A DNA stretch of 64,000 bases from Escherichia coli 042 (GTDB lineage: Bacteria > Pseudomonadota > Gammaproteobacteria > Enterobacterales > Enterobacteriaceae). Shown here in pieces: positions 32,938 through 42,907 of the stretch. The notes under the pieces were generated by a model. It saw only the letters and a program-made list of their open reading frames with translations. It was not told the DNA's origin and made no database searches. Made by a program: the position numbers and the translations under genes. The stretch is from the NCBI RefSeq assembly GCF_000027125.1, contig NC_017626.1, one strand, 5' to 3'. Positions within the stretch are counted from its first letter, which is position 1. Each line of letters begins with the position of its first letter.

Positions 32938-33790
32938 TCATCCGTTAGGGATTTATGAAAAAGCGCTGGCGAAAGATCTCTCCTGGCCGGAGCGGCTGGT
33001 GCTGGCAAAAAGCTGCGGCTTTGATTTTGTCGAAATGTCGGTGGATGAAACTGACGAGCGTCTGTCACGCCTTGACTGGAGCGCCACACAAAGGACTTCG
33101 CTGGTTGCCGCGATGATCGAAACGGGTGTTGCCATTCCGTCAATGTGCCTGTCCGCACATCGTCGCTTTCCCTTTGGCAGCCGGGACAAGGCGGTGCGCG
33201 AACGGGCGCGGGAAATCATGAGTAAAGCGATTCGCCTGGCGCGCGATCTCGGCATTCGCACCATTCAACTGGCGGGTTATGACGTCTATTACGAAGACCA
33301 CGACGAAGGCACCCAGCAACGTTTTGCTGAAGGGCTGGCGTGGGCGGTCGAACAGGCGGCGGCATCACAAGTAATGCTGGCGGTGGAGATTATGGATACC
33401 GCGTTTATGAACTCCATCAGCAAATGGAAAAAGTGGGACGAGATGCTCGCCTCGCCGTGGTTCACCGTCTACCCGGACGTCGGCAACCTCAGCGCCTGGG
33501 GCAATGATGTTCCCGCCGAACTGAAACTGGGCATTGACCGTATTGCCGCAATCCATCTGAAAGACACCCTGCCAGTCACCGGGCAAAGTCCCGGACAGTT
33601 CCGTGATGTGCCGTTTGGCGAAGGCTGCGTCGATTTCGTTGGCATCTTCAAAACGCTGCATGAACTGAACTATCGCGGTTCTTTCCTGATTGAGATGTGG
33701 ACCGAAAAAGCCAAAGAGCCGGTGCTGGAGATTATTCAGGCGCGGCGCTGGATTGAAGCGCGTATGCAGGAGGCTGGATTTATATGTTAG
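32930..33790 (+). CDS. sgbU: L-xylulose-5-phosphate 3-epimerase
   Basis: 286 aa from GTG 32930 ([23 protein letters not shown]...); overlaps sgbH stop by 8 bp; track ORF over-extended upstream. Confidence 0.9.
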   Translation: MRNHPLGIYEKALAKDLSWPERLVLAKSCGFDFVEMSVDETDERLSRLDWSATQRTSLVAAMIETGVAIPSMCLSAHRRFPFGSRDKAVRERAREIMSKAIRLARDLGIRTIQLAGYDVYYEDHDEGTQQRFAEGLAWAVEQAAASQVMLAVEIMDTAFMNSISKWKKWDEMLASPWFTVYPDVGNLSAWGNDVPAELKLGIDRIAAIHLKDTLPVTGQSPGQFRDVPFGEGCVDFVGIFKTLHELNYRGSFLIEMWTEKAKEPVLEIIQARRWIEARMQEAGFIC

Positions 33791-34479
33791 AGCAACTGAA
33801 AGCCGACGTGCTGGCGGCAAATCTGGCACTTCCCGCTCACCATCTGGTGACGTTCACCTGGGGCAATGTCAGCGCGGTAGACGAAACGCGGCAATGGATG
33901 GTAATCAAACCTTCCGGCGTCGAGTACGACGTGATGACCGCCGACGATATGGTGGTGGTTGAGATAGCCAGCGGCAAGGTGGTGGAAGGTAGCAAAAAGC
34001 CCTCGTCCGATACGCCAACGCATCTGGCGCTTTACCGTCGCTATGCCGAAATCGGTGGCATTGTGCATAACCACTCGCGCCATGCCACCATCTGGTCACA
34101 GGCCGGGCTGGATCTCCCCGCCTGGGGCACCACGCACGCTGATTATTTCTATGGCGCAATCCCCTGCACGCGACAGATGACCGCAGAGGAGATCAACGGC
34201 GAGTATGAATACCAGACCGGCGAAGTGATCATTGAAACTTTCGAAGAACGCGGCAGGAGTCCGGCGCAAATCCCGGCGGTGCTGGTGCATTCTCACGGCC
34301 CGTTCGCATGGGGTGAAAACGCCGCCGATGCGGTGCATAATGCCGTAGTACTGGAAGAATGCGCCTATATGGGCCTGTTCTCGCGCCAGCTTGCGCCACA
34401 GCTCCCTGCGATGCAAAACGAACTGTTGGATAAGCACTACCTGCGTAAGCATGGGGCCAATGCCTATTACGGGCAGTAA
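33784..34479 (+). CDS. sgbE: L-ribulose-5-phosphate 4-epimerase
   Basis: 231 aa class II aldolase/adducin fold, [30 protein letters not shown]... Confidence 0.93.
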   Translation: MLEQLKADVLAANLALPAHHLVTFTWGNVSAVDETRQWMVIKPSGVEYDVMTADDMVVVEIASGKVVEGSKKPSSDTPTHLALYRRYAEIGGIVHNHSRHATIWSQAGLDLPAWGTTHADYFYGAIPCTRQMTAEEINGEYEYQTGEVIIETFEERGRSPAQIPAVLVHSHGPFAWGENAADAVHNAVVLEECAYMGLFSRQLAPQLPAMQNELLDKHYLRKHGANAYYGQ

Positions 34480-34510
34480 TCCCTCACGCCGGGGCTTCAT
34501 TGCCCCGGCA

Positions 34511-35326
34511 CTACGAATTGATATGTTCCTTGCTGTAACGCCGCTTCCACGCTGCTGGCGTTAAACCAGTGTGTTTGCGAAAAATCTGCCGGAAATAGCC
34601 AACGTCATTAAACCCGCACAACGCCGCCACTTCCGTGAGCGATCGCGCTTCGCTAATTAACAGCTTTTCGGCTTCGCGCACTCGCTGGCGATGGATTGCT
34701 TCTGTTAACGTCAGATGAAACACCCGCCGATAGACGCGCCCAAGATAATCGGCATTGCAGTACAGCTCGCGGGCTAAAAGCGCCGTGGAAAGCGGGCGAT
34801 GATATTGCGTGCGGATCAGTTTCTGCGCTTTCCAGGCAAGCGTGGTACCTGCGGCATCGGCCTGTTCATCAAGACGCGCGTCACGGGTGAGTTGCTGCAA
34901 AATCAGCAGCACAATAAACTCCAGCGCCGGAGTGCGCTGATGCTTTTCCTGTTCGCTTAAGAACTGGCGAAACAGGGCCACCAGCGCCTGCGGATCGGCA
35001 ACCTTCGTTTGTTGCGGCACGCTAAGATGAGTGAGCCAGCGCGGGTCGCTATCCGGCGCTTTAACCTCAAAATGCAGCCAGTAAAATTTGAGATCGGCGG
35101 GAAAATCCTCTACCCCAACATGCTGTCGGTTCGGCCAGAGTAATAAACTCTCTCCCGCATCGACCAGAAATATCCGCTCTTCTTCCTGAATCGCTAATCG
35201 ACCTTTTTCGACAAAGATAATTTCCCATGACTCCAGCCGCCTTGCCGGATGCCTCCCTACGCCACGGGAAATAAATAATCCACCATTTTGCACTTTAATC
35301 GGTAACGTCATGGATAATTCGAGCAT
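34511..35326 (-). CDS. AraC-family transcriptional regulator (N-terminal cupin-like sensor, C-terminal double HTH)
   Basis: 271 aa; C-terminal AraC signature region (...DYLGRVYRRVFHLTLTEAIHRQRVREAEKLL...FNDVGYFRQIFRKHTGLTPAAWKRR). Not part of the recalled K-12 gene order between sgbE and yiaT. Confidence 0.85.
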   Translation of the reverse strand: MLELSMTLPIKVQNGGLFISRGVGRHPARRLESWEIIFVEKGRLAIQEEERIFLVDAGESLLLWPNRQHVGVEDFPADLKFYWLHFEVKAPDSDPRWLTHLSVPQQTKVADPQALVALFRQFLSEQEKHQRTPALEFIVLLILQQLTRDARLDEQADAAGTTLAWKAQKLIRTQYHRPLSTALLARELYCNADYLGRVYRRVFHLTLTEAIHRQRVREAEKLLISEARSLTEVAALCGFNDVGYFRQIFRKHTGLTPAAWKRRYSKEHINS

Positions 35327-35348
35327 TGATATGTAATTTCCCGCTTAT

Positions 35349-35402
35349 TCATTAATGATTAAACACATTACCTTTTGATTATTAATCAAAAACATTAATT
35401 TC
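35349..35402. promoter_or_regulatory. Palindromic AT-rich sites in the divergent AraC / transporter promoter region
   Basis: TCATTAATGA (35349-35358) and TTGATTA-T-TAATCAA (35376-35390) palindromes plus further ATTAAT repeats; seen directly. Confidence 0.4.
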
Positions 35403-35551
35403 ACCTGATCCAATTCACACTTTTAAATTCAGGTCGGAATCGTCACCTTTTTTTACTCTTTTCTCGCCTTGTTGATATTCCCGTTCACGGCAGAATTAAT
35501 CATGTCATTGCAATAAAACTAAAAATTGCACCCTATTCACGAGGAATATCT

Positions 35552-36952
35552 ATGACCTCTACACCGATTACTACCGCTGATATCGCTAAAGGTAAAATTG
35601 ACGATGCGTTATCTGTACGGGAAAAAATAGGCTACGGCCTGGGTGACGCAGGCGGCACCGTAATAACTTGCCTGATCATGAACTTTCTCACCTTTTTCTA
35701 CACCGACGTTTTTGGCTTAACTCCGGCGCTGGTCGGCACGCTGTTTATTGCACTGCGCGTGTTTGATGCCATCTCCGACCCGGTGATGGGCGTCATTGCC
35801 GACCGGACGCAAAGTCACTGGGGGCGCTTTCGTCCGTGGCAGTTATGGATTGCCATTCCCATCGGCATTATCGGCATCCTGACGTTCACCGTGCCAGATG
35901 CCAGCATGGGAGTAAAAATCGCCTGGGCGTTCGGCACTTACCTGCTCCTTTCAGTCGGTTATACCGCCATCAACGTGCCGTACTGCGCGCTGATCAACAC
36001 CATGACCACCCGCCACAATGAAGTGATCTCCTGCCAGTCCTGGCGATTCGTTCTCTGCGGTGTAGCGGGATTTCTGGTTTCGGTAGGCTTACCGTGGATG
36101 GTGGATCTCTTCGGTCAGGGTAATGCCGCGCGCGGCTATCAACTGGGCGTCGGCGTGCTGTGCGCCATCGCTGTGGTGATGTTCCTGTGCTGTTTCTTCT
36201 GGGTTCGTGAACGGGTACCACTCTCCACAATGGGGAAATTTACCCTGCGCGAACATCTTGCCGGGCTGCGAAACAACGACCAACTGCTGCTGATGCTGGT
36301 CATGTCTTTCCTGCTGATTAACGTCTTTAATATTCGCGGCGGTGGGTATATGTACTTCATTACCTACGTCTTACAAGGCAGTACGGGCTACACGTCGCTG
36401 TTCTTCACTATGGTCACCTTCGCCTCCATTATCGGCTCGGTGATTGTCAGCCCGTTAACGCGACGTTTCGATACCGTCAAAATTTATTACTACACCAACC
36501 TGCTCCTCGCTTCACTGGCGGTGTTGATGTGGTTCCTGCCCTCCGGCCCGGCTTATCAAACGCTGTGGCTGGCGGTGATCCTCGGTAATGGCGTGATTCT
36601 TGGCTTCACATTGCCACTGCACTTCTCATTGATGGCCTTTGCCGATGACTACGGCGAGTGGAAAACCCGCGTACGTTCTTCCGGCATGAACTTCGCCTTC
36701 AATCTGTTTTTCATCAAACTGGCCTGGGCCTCCAGCGCCGGGATCATCAGCCTGCTGTTTATTTTTGTCGCCTACCAGCCAGGCGTAGAAAACCAGACCG
36801 CCAGTTCGCTTGGCGGGATCGCGGCGATGGAAACATTGCTGCCTGCGCTGTTCCACCTGCTGCTGGCGATGGCGATCCGCTTTTGCAAACTCAATAACCC
36901 TATGATGTCACGCATTGCTAGCGACCTGCGTCAGCGTCATGTACAGCCTTAA
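35552..36952 (+). CDS. GPH-family (glycoside-pentoside-hexuronide) sugar:cation symporter
   Basis: 466 aa, 12-TM MFS-like; N-terminal GYGLGD...G and [18 protein letters not shown] motifs typical of MelB/YicJ/YihO-type GPH transporters. Confidence 0.85.
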   Translation: MTSTPITTADIAKGKIDDALSVREKIGYGLGDAGGTVITCLIMNFLTFFYTDVFGLTPALVGTLFIALRVFDAISDPVMGVIADRTQSHWGRFRPWQLWIAIPIGIIGILTFTVPDASMGVKIAWAFGTYLLLSVGYTAINVPYCALINTMTTRHNEVISCQSWRFVLCGVAGFLVSVGLPWMVDLFGQGNAARGYQLGVGVLCAIAVVMFLCCFFWVRERVPLSTMGKFTLREHLAGLRNNDQLLLMLVMSFLLINVFNIRGGGYMYFITYVLQGSTGYTSLFFTMVTFASIIGSVIVSPLTRRFDTVKIYYYTNLLLASLAVLMWFLPSGPAYQTLWLAVILGNGVILGFTLPLHFSLMAFADDYGEWKTRVRSSGMNFAFNLFFIKLAWASSAGIISLLFIFVAYQPGVENQTASSLGGIAAMETLLPALFHLLLAMAIRFCKLNNPMMSRIASDLRQRHVQP

Positions 36953-36962
36953 GGAGCACAAG

Positions 36963-38933
36963 ATGAACATTTCGGAAGTCGATCTGCATAAACTGACGGT
37001 CAGCGATCCGTTCCTCGGTCAGTACCAACAACTGGTCCGCGACGTGGTGATTCCTTATCAGTGGGATGCCTTGAACGATCGTATCCCAGAAGCGGAACCC
37101 AGCCATGCGATTGAAAACTTTCGCATTGCCGCAGGACTGCAAGACGGTGAATTTTACGGGATGGTGTTTCAGGACAGCGACGTCGCCAAATGGCTGGAAG
37201 CGGTAGCCTGGTCGCTGTGCCAGAAGCCGGATGCCGAACTGGAAAAAACCGCTGACGAGGTAATCGAACTGGTCGCTTCCGCCCAGTGCGAAGATGGCTA
37301 TCTCAATACTTACTTTACGGTAAAAGCGCCCGAAGAACGCTGGAGCAATCTGGCGGAGTGTCATGAACTTTACTGCGCCGGTCATCTGATTGAAGCCGGA
37401 GTCGCCTTCTTCCAGGCCACGGGCAAGCGGCGCTTGCTGGAAGTGGTTTGCCGTCTGGCCGATCATATCGACAGCGTATTTGGTCCAGGTGAAAGTAAGT
37501 TACACGGTTATCCTGGTCACCCGGAAATTGAACTGGCACTAATGCGCCTGTATGAAGTGACCGAAGAGCCGCGCTACCTGGCGCTGGCGAACTATTTTGT
37601 CGAACAGCGTGGTGCGCAACCGCACTATTACGACCAGGAATATGAAAAGCGCGGGCAGACCTCGCACTGGCACACCTACGGCCCGGCGTGGATGGTGAAA
37701 GATAAAGCCTACAGCCAGGCGCATTTACCCATCGCACAGCAACAAACCGCCATCGGACATGCAGTACGCTTTGTATATCTGATGACTGGCGTCGCACATC
37801 TGGCGCGTTTAAGTCACGATGAAAGCAAGCGTCAGGATTGCCTGCGGCTGTGGAACAATATGGCCCAGCGTCAGTTATATATTACCGGCGGCATTGGCTC
37901 ACAAAGCAGCGGCGAAGCGTTCAGCAGCGATTACGATCTGCCGAATGACACGGTATACGCCGAAAGCTGTGCTTCCATCGGCCTGATGATGTTCGCCCGG
38001 CGAATGCTGGAAATGGAAGGCGACAGTCAATATGCCGATGTGATGGAGCGCGCACTGTACAACACCGTGCTCGGCGGCATGGCGCTGGATGGCAAACATT
38101 TCTTCTATGTGAATCCGCTGGAAGTGCATCCAAAAACGTTAAAATTCAACCATATCTACGATCACGTTAAGCCGATCCGCCAGCGTTGGTTTGGTTGCGC
38201 TTGTTGTCCGCCAAATATCGCCCGCGTGCTAACCTCGATTGGTCATTATCTCTACACGCCGCGTGAAGATGCGTTGTATATCAACATCTACGCAGGAAAC
38301 AGCATGGAAGTGCCGGTAGAAAATGGCACGCTGCGTCTGCGGGTTAGCGGAAACTATCCGTGGCAGGAGCAGGTGACGATTGCGGTTGAATCGCCCCAGC
38401 CGGTGCGTCATACGCTGGCTTTACGTCTGCCGGACTGGTGCACACAGCCGCAGATCATATTGAATGGGGAAGAGGTCGGGCAGGATATTCGTAAAGGGTA
38501 TTTGCACATTACCCGCGAATGGCAGGAGGGCGATACGCTGAATCTGACTTTGCCGATGCCGGTACGCCGCGTTTACGGTAACCCTCAGGTGCGTCACGTC
38601 GCCGGAAAAGTGGCGATTCAGCGCGGCCCGCTGGTGTATTGCCTGGAACAGGCCGACAACGGCGAGTCACTGCATAACCTGTGGCTGCCCGCCGATGCGC
38701 CATTTACGACATTTGAAGGCAAGGGATTGTTCCGCCATAAGATCTTAATCCAGGCTCCGGGTTACCGGTATGAACAGAGCAATCCAGAGCAGCAACCGCT
38801 GTGGCATTACGACAGCGCGCCAGCCAAACGCCAGCCGCAAACCCTGACCTTTATCCCGTGGTTTAGCTGGGCCAACCGGGGTGAAGGCGAAATGCGGATC
38901 TGGGTGAATGAGGAAAAGCATTGCCATCCGTAG
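36963..38933 (+). CDS. Glycoside hydrolase family 127 (DUF1680) protein, putative beta-L-arabinofuranosidase-like
   Basis: 656 aa from ATG 36963 with AAGGAG SD 7 bp upstream; Cys-rich segment WFGCACCPPNIARV resembles the recalled zinc/cysteine active-site region of HypBA1-type GH127 enzymes. Family assignment from memory. Confidence 0.7.
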   Translation: MNISEVDLHKLTVSDPFLGQYQQLVRDVVIPYQWDALNDRIPEAEPSHAIENFRIAAGLQDGEFYGMVFQDSDVAKWLEAVAWSLCQKPDAELEKTADEVIELVASAQCEDGYLNTYFTVKAPEERWSNLAECHELYCAGHLIEAGVAFFQATGKRRLLEVVCRLADHIDSVFGPGESKLHGYPGHPEIELALMRLYEVTEEPRYLALANYFVEQRGAQPHYYDQEYEKRGQTSHWHTYGPAWMVKDKAYSQAHLPIAQQQTAIGHAVRFVYLMTGVAHLARLSHDESKRQDCLRLWNNMAQRQLYITGGIGSQSSGEAFSSDYDLPNDTVYAESCASIGLMMFARRMLEMEGDSQYADVMERALYNTVLGGMALDGKHFFYVNPLEVHPKTLKFNHIYDHVKPIRQRWFGCACCPPNIARVLTSIGHYLYTPREDALYINIYAGNSMEVPVENGTLRLRVSGNYPWQEQVTIAVESPQPVRHTLALRLPDWCTQPQIILNGEEVGQDIRKGYLHITREWQEGDTLNLTLPMPVRRVYGNPQVRHVAGKVAIQRGPLVYCLEQADNGESLHNLWLPADAPFTTFEGKGLFRHKILIQAPGYRYEQSNPEQQPLWHYDSAPAKRQPQTLTFIPWFSWANRGEGEMRIWVNEEKHCHP

Positions 38934-39050
38934 GTTGGATAAGGCACTCGCGCCGCATCCAACGTAAGGAGCACATTGCCTGATGCGACGCTTAACACGT
39001 CTTATCAGGCATACAAGTCGGTGCGAGAGTGTAGGCCAGCCGCACCGACA
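38934..39050. repeat. REP/BIME palindromic elements
   Basis: cgccgcatcc...tgcctgatgcgacgcttaacacgtcttatcaggcatac... REP-type palindromes between the GH127 gene and yiaT. Confidence 0.65.
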
Positions 39051-39062
39051 TCCACCGGTGAA

Positions 39063-39803
39063 TTAAAAACGCCAGCTCACGCCGGTGACAAAGGTAAAAC
39101 TCTCATTACGATCAATCATCGGGCTGTCGGTAACCTCTTCCGGCAGCTCGCTGTATCCTGCGCTCGCCATCAATACGACGTGCTCTCCTATCGGGTATTT
39201 TGCCGTCAGGCTGACATAGGGCACCCAGGCATCCTGCGCGGAATAACTTGCCAGACCGCTACGACGGGACTCACTCTCTGAAATGCCATAGTAATAGTCA
39301 CTGAAATTCTCGTCATAATAGAGAACGCCCAGCGCAGGTGTCAGCGACAGGCGACCTATCTGCATTTTGTGGAATACCGATAGCTCCCCCACCCAGCCGT
39401 TGCTGTTATCCAGAACGTCCGCAGCCGCAGAGGCTTTCACGGTTCCCCAACGCTCGTGGTGATACCAGGCAACCCCCGCCATAGCCGTACTATCACGCTT
39501 ATCAAGCTGTTGCATGGCATAATCGTCATTATCGGTAGGGTCAAATTCCAGCGGCATCCAGGATGCGGTCAGGCTAAGTTCATTTTTTTCACTTTGCGAC
39601 AGAATAAAACCTAACGTGGTCTGACGAACATAAAAAGTATCACCTTCATAGCTAATCAGCGGAATTGCCTTTGTATTTTCATTATAACCGCGATAAGGCG
39701 ATTCATTATAAGCCGCACCAGCACCAATGGATAATTCAGAAGCAGTTGCGCTTGCCATAAAAGGCAACGCAAATAACGCCACAATATTGCGGTTAATTAA
39801 CAT
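39063..39803 (-). CDS. yiaT: Outer membrane protein YiaT (MipA/OmpV family)
   Basis: 246 aa with signal peptide MLINRNIVALFALPFMASATA and C-terminal aromatic residue (…SWRF). Confidence 0.9.
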   Translation of the reverse strand: MLINRNIVALFALPFMASATASELSIGAGAAYNESPYRGYNENTKAIPLISYEGDTFYVRQTTLGFILSQSEKNELSLTASWMPLEFDPTDNDDYAMQQLDKRDSTAMAGVAWYHHERWGTVKASAAADVLDNSNGWVGELSVFHKMQIGRLSLTPALGVLYYDENFSDYYYGISESESRRSGLASYSAQDAWVPYVSLTAKYPIGEHVVLMASAGYSELPEEVTDSPMIDRNESFTFVTGVSWRF

Positions 39804-39926
39804 GTCCGGTATTCCATTTTAAAATAAGATAAAAAAGAGTCGGCATAGTAATGCTTACAATTTCTCCGGTGCAAGATTCATATTTATATAGTAATATATA
39901 AAATTATATATAATTGGGCTGTTGCG

Positions 39927-40901
39927 ATGACAAAATTACAACTTAAGTACCGGGAGTTAAAAATTATCTCGGTAATCGCTGCCAGTGAAAATATCAGCCA
40001 TGCCGCGACTGTACTTGGCATCGCACAGGCCAACGTCAGCAAATATCTTGCTGATTTTGAATCAAAAGTGGGTTTAAAAGTTTTTGACCGAACCACCCGA
40101 CAACTGATGCTCACACCTTTTGGCACCGCGCTATTACCGTACATCAACGACATGCTGGACAGAAACGAGCAGCTTAATAATTTTATTGCAGATTATAAGC
40201 ATGAGAAACGTGGTCGGGTCACCATCTACGCCCCAACCGGCATAATTACCTATTTATCCAAACATGTAATCGATAAAATTAAAGATATCGGTGATATCAC
40301 CTTATCGCTAAAAACCTGCAATCTTGAGCGTAATGCCTTTTATGAAGGCGTCGAATTTCCTGATGATTGTGATGTTTTAATCAGCTATGCCCCACCAAAA
40401 GATGAATCGCTGGTTGCCAGTTTTATTACCCAATATGCCGTAACCGCTTATGCCAGCCAGCGCTATCTTGAGAAACATCCCATTAGCCGTCCTGACGAAC
40501 TCGAACATCACTCCTGTATTTTGATCGACTCGATGATGATCGACGACGCGAATATCTGGCGCTTCAACGTCGCCGGGAGTAAAGAGGTGCGGGATTATCG
40601 CGTGAAGGGAAATGACGTTTGCGACAACACGCAATCGGCGCTGGAGCTGGCACGAAATCACCTGGGGATTGTGTTTGCGCCAGACAAAAGTGTGCAGAGC
40701 GATCTGCAAGACGGCACGCTGGTGCCCTGCTTTCAGCAACCCTATGAATGGTGGCTGGATCTGGTGGCTATCTTCCGTAAACGGGAATACCAGCCCTGGC
40801 GGGTCCAGTATGTGCTGGATGAAATGCTGCGTGAAATTCGCCACCAGCTTGCTCAGTCGCAGCAACTGCGGCCTGAACAAGCGGCGGAAAGCGAAGATTA
40901 A
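39927..40901 (+). CDS. yiaU: LysR-family transcriptional regulator YiaU
   Basis: 324 aa, N-terminal LysR HTH (…[23 protein letters not shown]…). Confidence 0.9.
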   Translation: MTKLQLKYRELKIISVIAASENISHAATVLGIAQANVSKYLADFESKVGLKVFDRTTRQLMLTPFGTALLPYINDMLDRNEQLNNFIADYKHEKRGRVTIYAPTGIITYLSKHVIDKIKDIGDITLSLKTCNLERNAFYEGVEFPDDCDVLISYAPPKDESLVASFITQYAVTAYASQRYLEKHPISRPDELEHHSCILIDSMMIDDANIWRFNVAGSKEVRDYRVKGNDVCDNTQSALELARNHLGIVFAPDKSVQSDLQDGTLVPCFQQPYEWWLDLVAIFRKREYQPWRVQYVLDEMLREIRHQLAQSQQLRPEQAAESED

Positions 40902-42034
40902 TGATCGAGATAAAGGTAATGCACCCAACTGGTCATGCGTAACAGCACTTTGCGCATCACCGAGACATGGCTGAAATGATCAGAGTAAACCGCCACCTGG
41001 GCGTAAATACCGTCTGGTAAAGCGCTCAAATCAGTGTGCTCATCCAGTTCAATGGTCGCGATAACGCCATCTGAACCCGGCGCTGTGTTTAACGTCTGTA
41101 AGGTGCCGGTCGACTGATAAGCTCCGCCGGGAACGGCTGGACTAATGGCTGCCAGCTTACCGCTGAATACCTTACCTGGCAGAGCATTAAACACCACTTC
41201 CGCATCGTCGCCAGGAGCCAGTCGCAGCAAGGAGTTCTGACGGAACTGCGCCACGATTTGTCGTTTCTGATCGGGTATAAACACCATCACCGGACGTAGC
41301 GGCAGCGACGCGGCATAGGTACCCGGACGAATCAGGACCTGAGTCACATAACCATCGCTCGGCGCACGCACTATCGTCTGCTCAAGGTTATATTTTGCTT
41401 CCGCGAGCTGCGCTTTCAGGCTGGCGATTTGAGAATGTTCACCCAACACCAGGCTATCCAGCTGGCTCTGGATCTGTTTTTGTTCCGCTGCCGATGACTT
41501 TACGGAGGCTTCCTGCGCCAGATAATTTTGCCGCGCCACATCGATATCGCGTTCTGAAAACGGGTTTACTTTCGCCTGGCTGCCGCGTGCGTAACGCTGA
41601 TACTCTTTAGCGAATTTATCCCGCGTGGCCTTTGCCTGCTGAGTATTCGCCACCATCTCATCTAACTCTGCGCCCAACGCCCGCTGTTTATGTTCTGCGG
41701 TAACGATATCCGCCATCAGCCGATCCACCCGCGCCTGATAACGCGTCGGGTCCAGTCGAAATAGCACTTCACCTTTTTTAATCAGCGTATTTTTCTTATC
41801 CGTCACTTCAATCACCACACCAGTCACCTGTGGGACAACAGGAATAGAAATAACCGCTTTTTGCGCTTTAAAGGTATACGGATGGTTATAGTTCATTAAC
41901 AGAATTAGACCGCTGACAATAAATATTCCACCCAGGGCCGCTGTGGGAATGGTCCATTTATTTACGGGAATTTTGAAGATCTTAAACATTGCCCATGCAA
42001 AAGCCACATAGGTCAAAATAATCAGTAAATCCAT
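40898..42034 (-). CDS. yiaV: HlyD-family membrane fusion-like protein YiaV
   Basis: 378 aa, N-terminal TM helix, coiled-coil, barrel-sandwich hybrid; overlaps yiaU stop by 4 bp (convergent). Confidence 0.9.
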   Translation of the reverse strand: MDLLIILTYVAFAWAMFKIFKIPVNKWTIPTAALGGIFIVSGLILLMNYNHPYTFKAQKAVISIPVVPQVTGVVIEVTDKKNTLIKKGEVLFRLDPTRYQARVDRLMADIVTAEHKQRALGAELDEMVANTQQAKATRDKFAKEYQRYARGSQAKVNPFSERDIDVARQNYLAQEASVKSSAAEQKQIQSQLDSLVLGEHSQIASLKAQLAEAKYNLEQTIVRAPSDGYVTQVLIRPGTYAASLPLRPVMVFIPDQKRQIVAQFRQNSLLRLAPGDDAEVVFNALPGKVFSGKLAAISPAVPGGAYQSTGTLQTLNTAPGSDGVIATIELDEHTDLSALPDGIYAQVAVYSDHFSHVSVMRKVLLRMTSWVHYLYLDH

Positions 42035-42039
42035 AAGTA

Positions 42040-42363
42040 TTACTCGGCAGAAGAGGATTTGATGTCGGCGAGCTGTTTCTCCAGCCCGGCAATGCGCTGT
42101 TGCAGTTGCATAACGGATGAATCATGGCTTTGCATTCCCCATCCCCGCTCCGGGCGGTAAAGCGTGGCCCAAATCCACAAAAACGGCCAGATAACATGTA
42201 ACGTAAAAAGACTCACCCAACCAGCAACATGAATGGCGTCGGCATGAGGATGATTACGTTTTTTAGCAATCAGGTAGGGAATATCATGTAAAATAATAAT
42301 CCCATAAAATATCACCAGAAATACAAAAATAAGCACTCCCAGCGCAAAATAGTCCAGGAACAT
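42040..42363 (-). CDS. yiaW: Small inner membrane protein YiaW (DUF3302)
   Basis: 107 aa from [30 protein letters not shown]; track ORF over-extended by 10 codons. Confidence 0.88.
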   Translation of the reverse strand: MFLDYFALGVLIFVFLVIFYGIIILHDIPYLIAKKRNHPHADAIHVAGWVSLFTLHVIWPFLWIWATLYRPERGWGMQSHDSSVMQLQQRIAGLEKQLADIKSSSAE

Positions 42364-42476
42364 ATTTCCCTCAAAGAATATAAAAAAGAACAATTAACGC
42401 ATATTATGAAATGCCATGATGCAGTGCAATTTCCTTATTTATATAACGACATATTGTTTTTTATATACTTTCTGAA

Positions 42477-42689
42477 GTGTGCTGCGTGGCTTTTCAACAG
42501 GTCGAGGTTTATCATATTGAAATAATGGAACTATTGACCAAGCTAATGAATAACTCCAGTAAAACATCCACAGTACAGATAAAGCGTATTAAACCTTCAA
42601 TTATCTACCGTTTATTGCTGATTGGCCTCGGAACGCCAATGGTGATTTACGGCCTGGTTTGCCCGCTCACCATCGAAACGCGAGATTAA
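42477..42689 (+). CDS. Candidate small membrane protein (hypothetical; coding status uncertain)
   Basis: 70-codon ORF (or 54 from internal MELLTK...) with one hydrophobic helix (RLLLIGLGTPMVIYGLVCPL); weak RBS; divergent from yiaW. Confidence 0.2.
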   Translation: MCCVAFQQVEVYHIEIMELLTKLMNNSSKTSTVQIKRIKPSIIYRLLLIGLGTPMVIYGLVCPLTIETRD

Positions 42690-42779
42690 ACTCCTGGCAA
42701 AACACGCCCCAGAAACGCACTTCTGTTGGCGTAGTCTGGGTTATTGCGCACGTAGGTTTAAAACGTAAATTGTAACAAC

Positions 42780-42885
42780 GTGCGCTTTGTTTATGCCGGA
42801 TGCGGCGTGTACGCCTTATCCGGCCTACGGTCAGGTCCCCGTAGGCATGATAAGACGAGTAAGCGTCGCATCAGGCAATGAATAC
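42780..42885. repeat. REP/BIME cluster downstream of aldB
   Basis: gccggatgcggcgtgtacgccttatccggcctacg and cgtaggcatgataagacgagtaagcgtcgcatcaggca palindromes. Confidence 0.7.
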
Positions 42886-42907
42886 CCAATGCGACCAGCT
42901 TCTTATA

